Shown here: positions 37,450 to 49,909 of the stretch, one piece after another
How the letters are laid out: each line of letters begins with the position of its first letter
Position numbering within the stretch: the first letter of the stretch is position 1
Origin: Carcharhinus amblyrhynchos
Taxonomy: Eukaryota
Direction of reading: 5' to 3'
Assembly (NCBI GenBank): GCA_965287045.1
Contig: OZ336882.1
Span: 74,028,001-74,092,000, forward strand
Length of the DNA: 64,000 nucleotides
Translations under genes and position numbers: made by a program
Notes under the pieces: model-generated
Seen by the model: the letters and a program-made list of their open reading frames with translations, nothing else
Told to the model about the DNA's origin: nothing
The model's database searches: none

Positions 37450-38357
37450 CGAACCTGCTGACAATTGTGATTCTCAACCGAGGAAACTGCGGACTTTCCA
37501 AATGTATCACCGTCTATATGTTGGCTATGGCAACTGCAGATCTACTGGTCATGATTGTCAATGTATTACTATATCATGTTTTCAGCTATCATTTTCTATT
37601 TTCATTCCTTACCCGCACCCCCGTCTGCAGGTTCATTCTGTACATGACTATTGTGACTTTCGACTTGTCTGTTTGGTTTACCGTTTCTTTCACATTTGAC
37701 CGCTTTGTAGCGCTCTGCTGTTCGAGGATTAACAGAAGATATTGCACACAGAGAACTGCCACCATAGTTATAACAGCGTTCTCTGTATTTAGTTTTTTGA
37801 AGGATATTATTTTTCTGTTTGCGTATGAAACTCAGCAAATAATTAACGATGAACATTGGGGCTGCCGGTCAAGTGTGGCTTTTTTCACCTCACGTTTAGG
37901 CACAGTGGCCGTCTGGTCTCACAGCACCTGGGTTGTTTGGCTTCCATTCATACTGATTGTTTTGTCTAATTCTTTAACGGTCCGGCGTATTTTAAAAGCT
38001 AATCGAACCCGCAGGAAATTGCAAGGTCACAAAAGTGAGGATCACAGCTGTTCAGAGTTGACAAGCAGAAGGAAATCCATTATTTTACTTTTCTCTATAT
38101 CTGGTAGCTTTATACTTTTGTGGCTGACAGCTGCCGTCAGCTTCGTAACGACACGGCTGTCAAATGCAGGTTATTATCGAGGCGACCGCACAGAACCTGC
38201 ATATATTGCTACTGAAACCGGAGCTTTCTTGAAGTTTCTGAGTTGCTTGCAAAATCCTTGTATTTATGCAGCTACGCAGGGAAAGTTTAGAGAAGAGCTG
38301 AAGAATGTGGTGAAATTTCCGTGGACGCTCACCCTGAGATTATCCAGAAAATTCTGA
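37450..38357 (+). CDS. GPR139-like class A GPCR, gene 3, exon 2 (spliced product 325 aa)
   Basis: Acceptor ccttacag|CGAAC; (A)NLLTIVILNRGNCGLSKC, LAMATADLLV, LSVWFTVSFTFDRFVALC, HWGCRSS, SRRKSIILLF, NPCIYAATQGKFREEL; 70+908=978 nt. Confidence 0.94.
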
Positions 38358-39229
38358 TTAAATACATGCAGTCAATGTAAGCGAATTCGTATTGCAAAAC
38401 GGTGAATTCTGCAGGAAAGACACAAACTTCGACAAACTTTATTTTCAAGGATCAAACATAGGTCTCATTCACGGCAGAAATAGATCATTTAGTGCACCAC
38501 GTCTGTACCCACTCTCCGAAGACCATCTGACCCACCACCCTTCTGACAGCAGCCTGCCCCCCAAGGGGATCCCTTGCTGAGCATTGTTTTTTATTTTGCT
38601 GTAATCGTTTCAATGATAACAATGCTGTAGCTCAGCAGTGGCGAGAAAGTAATGGGCACAAGAGAAATCCGCTAGCATAAGAACCCCCTGTATATATCGG
38701 TGAAAACAATCTAAAATGAATTAGTTGCTAAATGTTTGCCAGTGTGGGTTGCTGTCCATGAAGTTCCTTGTGAACCTGTCGGTGCCAGTGCCACGGTTAG
38801 TTATCATCACCAGTTGGAAGTTTGTTCACCTAAGGATTGATGTCGGAACGAAATCCACAGACTAAATTGGTATTTCAGATCGCTTGTACCAGTTGGATTC
38901 GACACTCCCCATTGTACTCCGACTGATGCCTGTCATATTCAGATCAGAAGGAGGCAGCCTGTACTTGCACTGTGCTGTAAGTGTTTGCAGAAATGCTATT
39001 GTTATTCAACCCTAAACGATCGCCCAAACGAAATGGTAAATGAATGAACCAAAAAAAAATGATTTTCATGTTAACTATTAAATTCGACATATTACATTTG
39101 TAATAATAAGACACTGTCCGAAATTCGCATAGCATTAAACGCACATTTCCCATTCTGTGTTCGTTCAACATTTTGCAGGTCTTCCAGCTTTGTGAGAAAA
39201 AAACGGAATATGAACATTTCAGAACGGAA

Positions 39230-40930
39230 TTGGAAATGGAATGAAGGGAAGGGAAGGGAAGAGGGATGTTGAGAAAACAAAAGTCTGGGACCCAACTTAA
39301 AAGGCAATTCGTAAGTCTCCCTTTAGCATACAAATTAGCAAGAGGAGTATGGGCGAATTGGGACTAAACAACAAATGTACACAGGGAGGCTGGGGGAATG
39401 GCAGAGTTGGGAAAGTAATAATTTGCAGCTCTCTTCATCAAGTAGGTAGATTCTAACGTAATCATTATGATATAACAGGAAGTCTTTTCCCTGGAAGGCT
39501 TCATATGGAACAGGCATGGAAACTTAATTTTAATAAAGCACTCGGACGAGATGAGATCCACATGGACACATTGAAGGCAGTGAGGTGGGAAGATGCAGGG
39601 ATACTAGGCATATTCATTCATTCTTTTGAAGTTTTGAGGAGGACTAGTAAAATGCACATGTTACGCCTCCGTGCAAAAAAAAAGTAGAAATTGCAAGACA
39701 GCCAGTTTAACTTCAGCAGTCTGGGATATTCGGGATAGAATTTTAGCTGCACGGTTAAAAAAAAGTGGGTTTATTAAGACAAGGCTGTATGCATTTTATA
39801 AGGGAGAAGTGGTTAAGTAACTTTTTTTCGAGAAGCATCACGATAAGTTTGCATACATTGATTTTATAAAGCATTATAGTGTTTCACAACAGACTTGCAA
39901 TAAAAGTAAAAGTTAATGAAAAAAAAAGACAGTTGCAAGGTGGGCACAACATTCAATGAGTAATATGAAATGACGAACAGAGATTAACTGACATTTTTCG
40001 CACTGTAGGAAGGTTTGTAGTGGCGTTCCTCAGTGGCCTATTTTTCGGAACTTTTCATGGAATATATTAATGAATCTATAGATCTTGGTGCACACTCAGG
40101 ACCATTTCGGTATTTGCAGATTACACAAAACTTGGAGCATTCTAAACTGTGACGAACAAAGTCTAGAACATCAAAAAGATAGAGACAGGTGGGTGGAGGG
40201 GCACAAAGCGTGAAGCATGCATTCAATCCAGATAATTGTGACTTGATTAATTTTAGTAAGAAGAATAAGAAGAGATAATAGACAAAGAAGATTACAACTC
40301 AAAAGATGGTGCAGGCAAAGGGGGACCTCGGTCTGTACGTACAGAAGTCGTTAGCATTCGCAGGGCATGTGGAAAGAACAATAAAGCATCCAAAATTTAG
40401 ATCTTGATTAATCGCTGCGTAGAATACAGGGACAAGAAGGTGATGCTAAAACTTTTCTGGAAATTATTTTAATTTCATTTGGCGTATCGCGTACTGTTCT
40501 GGGTGTCACACATTAGGAAGGTTGCAGATGCATTGGACAGTGTACAGAGGAGATGAACAGGTATGGTCACAGGAATGAAAGGTTTCAGTTCTGATGAATG
40601 ACACATGAGACTGGGACTTCAGGGAAGAAAACACAGAAGAGATTTCATAGAGAAATTTTACAAATCATGAGCGTGTTGGACAGAGTACATCGGGGCAAAT
40701 TGTTTCGACTCGTAAAATGATCACAAACGAGAGGGCATAGAAGAAGCAAATGTGAAGTGAGAAAAACATCGTTTTCACACGACATGTTGTTCGGGGCGAG
40801 AATGCACTGCCCGGAAGTGCAGTGGAGGCTTGCTCAATCAGGCCACACAAGAAGCGATTACATGGCTACTTGAGCGGGAATATTGGACAAGAATACGGGG
40901 AAAAGCCTGAAGAATATTACGAAGTCGCAA
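39230..40930 (+). mobile_element. Old degraded CR1 ORF2 to 3' end
   Basis: GVPQW, FADYTK, FWVSHIRKVADALDSVQRR-like remnants and RTRGH. Confidence 0.65.
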
Positions 40931-42150
40931 CGGTCAATCATTGAATCAGCATAGATGCACTGGGATAAACGGCCTTATTCTGCATGCAAAACAAACACAC
41001 ACACAACAACTGTGGTTCTGTTATTCCACTCTGCTCTACATGCGACTCCCCAATTCATTTCTTACCAAACAAAAATCGTTCTTGAACCTCGTTCTGAATC
41101 TCGTAAAACGTTATTATGGAGTCGAAGATTTCACTCTGTTCTTCAGCAGGTTTTGCAACAGTTTCTGTTCTTGGCGATTCCATTCCCACGCCACCCTCCA
41201 GACCAAGGGAAATAATAATTATTAACAATTAGGAACAAATCTTGGTGACATTTTACATGGAACGGGAGTGTATCTGTATCATTTTTTTAAAAATTACATC
41301 AACATTCATTTATGAAATTCTATCTATCCCAGATGCACAGGGTCTCCGGCATCAACTCTGCTATATCGTCGAAGAATTCCAGTAGATTTGCCAGACATGA
41401 AATGTGTTTCATAATCCATGCTGACTGTTCGGTCCTGCCACTGCTTTCCGAGTGCTTTGCTGTAAAATCTTTTGGAAATAATTGTCTATTGTTTCTTAAT
41501 TCCGACATGATAATGTCTATAATTCCCTGTTTTCTCTCTACCTTCATGCTTAAACAATACAAATACCTTAGCTACCCTCCACTCTTTACAAAATGTAGAA
41601 TCCTGGAAGGTGACCAACAATACTTCCACTTTTTATCTGAACATTCTGTGATGTAGATTATCAGACATTGGGTACTTAGTAGCCTTCAATCCCATCAGTT
41701 GCCCCAACATAATTTCGCTATTAATATTGACCTATTCGAGCCCCTCCCTCACACCAAACTTTATGTTCCCCAATATTTCTGGTATCTTATTGCTATGCTT
41801 CTTTGTGAAGTCAGAAAAAAAAGTTTGTATTCAGTTGGTCAGCACTTTTTTCCCCAAATTATTAATGTTTCTTTTTCTAACTGGAAGGGACCTCCATTTT
41901 TCTCCATCAAACTTCTTTTTTGTTTCTCTCGCAAACCGATAAAAATGTTGTGAAATCAGTTATTGCATTCTCTGCAAGTATACTCTTGTATTCTATTTCC
42001 CTTCTTAATCAATCCCTTTGACTGCTATTGAATTGTAAACTGTTTCCATTGTCCACCGTTCTGTTCTTCTTCTTGGCCAATGTATAGGCCTGTCCCTTGT
42101 ATATAAATGTGTCGCTAACTTCCCTCATAATCCAAGGTTTGGTCACCATT
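40775..42150. repeat. Inverted segmental duplication, copy B (partner 1-1412)
   Basis: Reverse complement of 1-1412, including the non-TE spacer (about 850-1250) and its junctions. Confidence 0.95.
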
Positions 42151-44538
42151 TATTTTTGTGTCAGTCAGGAAGAAGCAATTGCTGCCGTTCACCCATGTGC
42201 TCATAGAATGTGTGCATACCTATACTCCATCATCCCTTAAAGTGATATTCCCCCGTTTACCATCGCACTTTGTGCCTCATATCATCGCAGTTCACTTTAT
42301 TAAATTTCAAGACCCCATTCATAATGTCAACGTCACTCTGCATCTTAATAAAACGAATTGATCACATTATGATGGTGCATCTCCAAGAGGTCTTGCACAA
42401 CTAAATTGTGAATTGTCCACTTATCCTTATACAATACTCAAACTAGAATGACCTGCTCAGTTGGTTCCTCAACGTACTGGCTTTGAAAACAATCCCACAT
42501 GCACTCCAGGAACTCCTCTTCTAAGAATTTTGAGTAAATTATTTTTCCCAGTATATATGCTGATTAAAATCACCTATAATAGATGATCATTTATTGCATG
42601 TACCTCTAATTTTATGCCTAATGTAATTCCCAGTATCACGACTGTAGTCTATATACAATCCTTACCGTTATTCCATGTCCCTTGGTGTTTCTTCGCTATG
42701 GCTAGAGACATACCACGTCGTGGGAGCTAGTATTCTGCCTGATTACGGAATTAAGTTTCTCTTTAACCAGCAATGCAACCCCACTGTCTTTTTCTTTTTC
42801 GAAAGGTAACTAAATAAAAGTTACATTACAAAACTGAACACTTCTGGATGCACATTTCCTCCCTCTGGTCACCGTGCAGCTATTTCTCCATAATCCCGAC
42901 TGTATCATCCTCATTGACATCTATTTGCAGGATAAATCACTCCGACCATCTTTCGGCTTTTTTTTCGTTACTGATCGCGTTCCAATTTTATTTGGCTGAG
43001 ACCCTGTTTGATCCTAGTTTCTCTGCTTTGCTTGTTTCCCTTTCTGTCGTCGGTCTTTGCCCGTGATGTCCTATCCTCTGACTCCTTGTCTAAGCTCCTA
43101 TCTTCTTGCCATTTTATTTTCAAACTTCTCGAATCGCTGTAGCAAATATGTCCCCAGGATATCAGTCGTAATCCTGACCAGATGCCACCTGCACAGTTTA
43201 TACTGGTAAAACTTTTCCCCCAAGAACAGTCCCAATCCCTCAGAAACTGAAAACTCTTTTCGACCTTCACTTTCACCTTGGAATCATTTCCCCCATGATA
43301 TTCTTTTTTCTTCACATTTAGATCTTAACATAAATAATTCCTGTCAAGGGTTACACTGAGAGGGATGGAGAATCAATGAACATAGACGGGTGACAGAGTT
43401 GTTGGGTGTCCCGAACTTTGTTTACATCCCCACATGGGGGCAGAACACGGGACAATCATTATATTATGCAAACCCGCTCCCCACAATCAATCACAGACAG
43501 CACCCGACGTGGTGTTACATCCCGTGGACATCAAACACCGCACAATATTATGTCACAACTCGCTCCTCATGACAGCATTGACTTCCAGAGAACATCCACC
43601 CACATCTTATACAATGCAAGCCATAAATCATGAAGATAATGTAAAAACAAGTTTCTTTTGTTTTAACTGATGAAAACTCCCCTGCTTTTTTTTTAATTCA
43701 TACCGATAATAAAAGGCACCGAAAAAAGATACAGGTGCATAAATCACTTAGTTAGTCTTCTGTAAATGTTTAAAGCATGTCTGCATTTGATGAATTCACA
43801 CTTAAATGAACAATTCGATCCGCAAAAATACATTTAAGTTCACACGATTAATGACTGCTTAACTGCGTTAGTGCGTTTTTTTTTCAATTGATAAGAACAC
43901 GAGCGATCAATTGAACTTCAAGCCTCCCGGTTATCAGCATGATGTGAAGACGGCTACATTTATGAAAAAGTATGTCTTCAGTGAAGCAGAAATGTAACTG
44001 GCCAATGAGCAACCAGACGGAGAAATAACGTAATGGCGTGATTGCAGCACAGCACATGCCACTACAGCACTGAATGAACCAGAAGAGGACTATGGTAGGC
44101 AAAAATGTTCCAAACAAATGTAGTACAGTGATGAAAGTCCAATATCAACTGTTTTACTGGCAACTGTCTGGCAGGATTCCATTCTTTATACAAAAGGGGG
44201 TTGAGACCGACAGTTGCTCGTCGTTACTCAACAGTTCTATCTGTCGGCATGAGACAGCCACGATATCAGACCAAAGATTGGCCCCATTTGAAAAAAAAAC
44301 AAAATTTATACAAGTGAAAACGAAGGTGGGATCCATTTTACTAATATTTGATTACTCACCTTTTTGCAATCCACCAAAATTTAGATGGTTATTCTTCTGC
44401 ACTTTTTCTTCACAACTTCATGAATAACGTCATCATTAGTAAAATATTATACTGATGCATTTTAATCGTCAGTATTAATGAAAGTGGCAATAGCACCAGA
44501 TTATCACAGTGAAGATAATCCGTGAAAGGTTATCTTCA

Positions 44539-44790
44539 GGTTTCAGTCCTACCAATTCATTTGAAAGTAAACTCACAAGCTTTCCGGTTAGCCCCTTCGT
44601 CAGGTGAATGGAGAGTTCTGGCCTCAGACAGAGCATATAAAGCTTTATATGTCTGTGCTTTATATGCTCTGACGAAGGGGCTAACGGGAAAGCTTGTGAG
44701 TTTACTATTAAATAAATCGGTTGAACTAAAACCTGGTGTTATCAGACTTTTTACTGTGTTTACCCCAGTCCAACGCCGGCATATCCACAT
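44539..44790. mobile_element. Penelope-like pseudo-LTR fragment arranged as a palindrome, with a 14 bp TSD
   Basis: TSD aaaggttatcttca at 44525-44538 and 44791-44804; inverted arms around 44620-44670; ends in accccagtccaacgccggcatatccacat, like the element at 53741. Confidence 0.88.
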
Positions 44791-46449
44791 AAAGGTTATC
44801 TTCACAGATAACCTTTTTGATACAATGAAAGAATATTCACCAACCCACATGTGACTGACATTCTTAAGTGTATTTTCAGAATGTTTTCCACATTTGGTAA
44901 GATTTCTCGCAAACTATCATGTAAACGATTTTACAAATCAATTAATGATCTCAAATAACCCATCTCGCCATTGCTAATGAAATTATTGAGTTATTTCACT
45001 TCAGCTCCCCCAAAGAAATTATGTCTATGTCCTCCTGGTTGAATTTAGTTAATTTCTTACTTCAGTGGGTCTTAGGATTCTCATATAAACATTGGTCAAA
45101 AAGCTTGGAAATAATTTAACATTTTTCTTCAGTGTTTCATGTCCACTCTGCAATTGCACCATATGTAGTTAGAAATAACACTGACAGTCACAAAAATGAT
45201 CTTCGTTTTCGCTTTCCACATCGTTTCATTGTCTCTGGGTTCATCAAAAATAACTTTTTGCATCTTGGGCCCTTCTCATCATCAGAGGGACGAGCATTTT
45301 TTAATGATAAATTTTAGTGTCTTCGCGTCCGATGAGAGGAGATGCCTGCATGGATTATTGTACCCCTGGTGAAGGGTGGAAATAAGAACAAGGAAAGGTA
45401 TGTAATAGGGTGGAGGATAGCAAAGATTCCATGTACAAAATAACAATATCACAATAATGTTGCAAGTCCAGAGACAGAGGAAATAGGTTCAATAAATGAA
45501 GGAATGATTGGGGAATGAATTGTAGGTTCCTGTAATCTGCCGCACGAAAACAAAAAAAAAATTACAAGAGAAAATAGCATAGTGTTAGTGAGTCCAATGT
45601 AATTTATCCTGTCATGTTCAGGTCACGGTTTACAATGTTACATGTTTTTTTGTGAGGTTATTAATGCAATTGACTCTTTCTCATTACTAAATCAATATTT
45701 TGGTTTTGAGGTATGTTCTTCCTGCAAACTGCCCTGAATTCAAGCTATTAATTCACTTATTTTACAGAAATTCCAATTGAGACTAGTTTCGGGAAATAGA
45801 CACATTCTGAGTTCAGACACACACGGAAAGGTGATCTTGATGTTGGTGTCAGGGGTTCTTCCTCTTAGGGATTCTCATATTCAGGTATGTATGAATTAAA
45901 ACAAAAATATTCCTGATTCTACATATTTCTGATTATTGATGTTCACACACACCGACTGTTTCCAACACAACAAATACTTTTCACCTTTAAAGTCGACTTC
46001 CAAATCCATCTGCTTATTTTTATTATACTAACCCATCTGCCTGTGGAAGAATTTGACCCTGTTCTACCGCCCCACATTCAGGGATAGAGACAACAGTAAT
46101 AACAGGAGTGTTTTCGTTGGCAAAAAAATATAGACTGCAAGGTTTCCTTCAGAAATCAACAAATTAAAGAAAGGAAGTGCCAATCCCTTACTGAATCAAC
46201 CATTAACTAGAACTGAAGGGACTGCGTGATTTCTCTAGTCTAACCCCATATATATATATATGTATATATATACATATGTATATAAGGGTTAGGCTAGAGG
46301 AATGACTAGATAACTTCTCTGAGTGCTCTGATTGCTTTTCTGTCCATTAATGAGACATATTGACCCATAAATTTCCAAGAAGAAAAAAAAAACTGCAGAA
46401 ATTGAATTTTCTGATGATCTGTAAAATTTGCATCAAGTCATTGTTGTAT

Positions 46450-47435
46450 TGGTTTGCTCCACCATTCAATAAGATCATGGCTGATCCTTTTGTGGACTCA
46501 GCTCCATTTACCCTCCGCTCACCATAACCCTCAATTCCTTTACTGTTCAAACGTGTATCTACCCTTGCCTTAAAAATAACATTCAATGAGGCAGCCTCAG
46601 CTGTTTCACTGGGCAACGAATTCGTCAGCTTCACAACCCTTTATGTGAGGAAGTCCCCCCTCAACTCAGTCCTAAATTTGCTTCCCCTTATTTTGGAGGC
46701 TATGCCCCCTAGTTCTAGTTTCATCCGCAAGTGGGGACAATTTCCCTGCTTTTATCTCATATTTTCCCATCATAATCTTATATGTTTCTATAATATCTCC
46801 CGTCATTCTTCTGAATTCCAATGAGTATAGCCCCAGTCTACTCAGTGTCTCCTCATAAGCCAGCTCTCTCAGCTCCAGAATCAGCCTAGTAAATCTCCTC
46901 TTCACTCCCTCCACTGCTAATATATCCTTTCTCAAGAAAGGGGACCAAAACTGTACAAAGTACTAGACGTGTGGCCCCACCAGCACCCTGTACATTTGCA
47001 ATATAATCTCCCTGTTTTTTAAACTTCATCCCTCTAGCAATGAAGGACAAAGTTCTATTTGCTTTCTTAATTATATATTGCACCTGCAAACCAACTCCTT
47101 GTGATTCTTGTACAAGAAAACACTAGTCTTTTTTGCACAGCAGCATGCTGCAATGTTTTGCCTTTTAAATAACAATCCATTTTGCCGTTAATCCAACCAA
47201 AATGAATGGCCTCAGATTTGCCAACATTGTACACCTTCTGCCAGACCCGCGCGTACTGACTTAGACTATCTATATCCTTTTTCAGCGTCCTCTGCACACT
47301 TTACTTTTCAACCCTTCTTAGTCTCATCTGCGTATATTGACACATGGCACTTCGTCCCCTACCCCAAATCATCTATGTAAATCGCAACAAATTGCGGTCC
47401 CAACACTGATCTTTGAGGCACCCTACTAGTCACTA
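46450..47435 (-). mobile_element. CR1 RT-to-3' fragment
   Basis: RKDILAVEGVKRRFTRLI, RTRGHSL and the conserved 3' UTR. Confidence 0.88.
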
Positions 47436-47529
47436 ATACATGTGATGATAATAAAACAAATGAATTCAAATCAACAGTTCAGTCTGCTGGCTTCAGAGTC
47501 AACACTGAATTAAAGAAAAGAAACGGAAA

Positions 47530-48080
47530 TGGCACTTTATTAATAAGGCAAGTAAGCTGGAGTTTTTTCAACGGCTGAAAGGAACCCAGTGGAGGATTAT
47601 CATCTATTCCAGGCACGACATTTTAGGAAAGATGACATAGTGTTAGATATGTTGCGAAAGAGATTCACTAGAATATTACCAGAGATGTGAGATTACAGTT
47701 ATTTGAAGCAAGCAGGAAGCTGGACTGTTTTCCTTCAAGCAGCGAAAGTTAAAAGGATGTTTAATGGAACTGCTCAAAATGCTGAAGGCGCGATAAAGAA
47801 AATGAGAATAATGTGTCTCCATTGCCAGAAAATAAAGAGCATAATTGAAATATGAAGTTTTTTTTCATGCAGTGGATTTTGTTAATCTGGAATTCACTGC
47901 ATGAGAGGATGGAGGAAGCAGATTCAACAATAAACTTCAAAATGAAATTTAAAAAATCGTTAAGTTTGGCGTGCAATGTCATGGAGAAATTATGGAAGAG
48001 AACCAATAATTGTATAGTTCTTTCAGACAACCGGCACTGACAAAATGGACAGATTAGCCTCCTTCCGCGCTGCAATGTTA
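47530..48080 (+). mobile_element. Old CR1 3' fragment
   Basis: FRKDD..LD...KRFTRILP and FFMQWILLIWNSL remnants. Confidence 0.6.
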
Positions 48081-49909
48081 TATTATTACATGATATACCG
48101 AGGGTTGGAATCCTCCTGTTAACGACACAATACCCGCATTAATCCCACTGTTTGAGGTGCAAAAACGTTGCTGAATCGTTTATTCATTAGTGAATTCTTC
48201 CCACTTGGGGTTCTGTCCTGTTGTGATCTTACCAGTAAACCGATTTCGGAGTTTGGGTTATCAGCAATCAGGTCAGGCAGAGTTAAAATCTGGGAAACTG
48301 CGAAATTGGGGTAAACACGTTTCCGGGTAGAATGTGTCCTCGTAAAGAGTTCGGGAGCTTGACTATCAGGATCAAAACATCTGTGACAATCCATTTTGTT
48401 CACTGACTCCTCAGCTCTCTCACTGGCACAGCTTCCCCCAGTGCCATGATAGAGAGCAAATACTCTGCAGAGAATGATTCCATTCATTCTGCACAAAAGG
48501 AGACGATTCGAAACAAAAAAAATCGTTTTTTTCTTGTATTTCAGAAGAAGCATCCAGATGCTCCGAAAAAGGTTGACTTTCTCATTTAGAGTCTGATTTT
48601 TCCGATTTCTGTCAATGCTAGGACGTGTTTTTTTTTACATTTACGTTCCTGTTCACACTAACCACAACAATCCCTAATTATGTTTGCTAATCAAAAATAT
48701 AGATATTTATCTTAGAATGCATTAGAAGTACCTGCTTATGTACTTCTAAGAAAAAGAAGGCTATGACAACATGTAGGGAGGTGGGTCTGAGACCTGGGGG
48801 AGATCAGCTATAATATGATTGAATGGCGGGGCATAATCGAAGGGCAGAATTTGCCCACTTCTGCTCCTGATTCCTATGTTACTACGTTCCTATGCATTTT
48901 GCCACAGTGGACAATGTGGATGTGTGTTAAACCATTGCACGTTTGTCGCGTTATTTCTTCAAGACATGTATTTGAAGCAACTCCGATAAATGTGCGATTG
49001 ATTGGCAGTTTTGAGGAAGCATTTGATGAACCAATATGACGAAGCAGCGAAGCAGCAAATGTTGCCCAGCGGGAGCAGAATTAATTATTGCCGGGAGCAA
49101 GTGGGAGCTCACTCTGCCAAGGGAAAGATTGACTGAGGAATGTCAACACAGCTTCTTCAGAGACGAGAGGAGAAAGGCAAATGATGTGTTTTTTTTTAAT
49201 CCTGACCTTCAAATAACATTTCCCGTCACTCATTTCATTAAATTAAACCTTGTTTAATAGCTCTACTGATCTTTGTCCATGACACTGAATACACGGCCCT
49301 TAGTTCTCAACCCATAAAATGGATTATGTTTACGCTGTTTCGTCTCCTTAAACCTATCAACATCTCGAAAGCTATATTAGGTCAGCTAATCTCTCTTCTA
49401 AATCGAACAAACCAAACTCCCCAAATATTTTATTCGTGAAAACCTTCCAGTGAGCATACTCCTTCCCCGTTCTAATGTCCTTTGCAGAAGATTGTTGACC
49501 AGCGTTAACCTCAAGTCTACATGCTAAGATCAATGCACTGGTGTTACAGACGTAGCATGATCTCCCTTCTAACTTATAATATTTCTCGATTTATCAAACC
49601 AACAAACAAAGTCATTTTGGAATTAAGTGATGAATGCTGTGTATGAAGAGATCATTGTCACTCGGCACATCTGGGCTTTACAATAATCTCGAGTTTGCTG
49701 TGTCCTCATATTCCACATTTCCAATTTTGGTGTTCTTATATTGAGCTTTGTCTATGTTACTGAACAATTTTCTGAGCTGATTTCTGTTTCATTGAAAAAC
49801 TTCCTCGTTGTCATGTTCAACTAATAAAGAGAGAAAATTTCAATGTGCATCTCTGTTTTAAATTCTCTATCTGGCTCACTTTGAATATTTTGGAAATATT
49901 TTCTTACTT

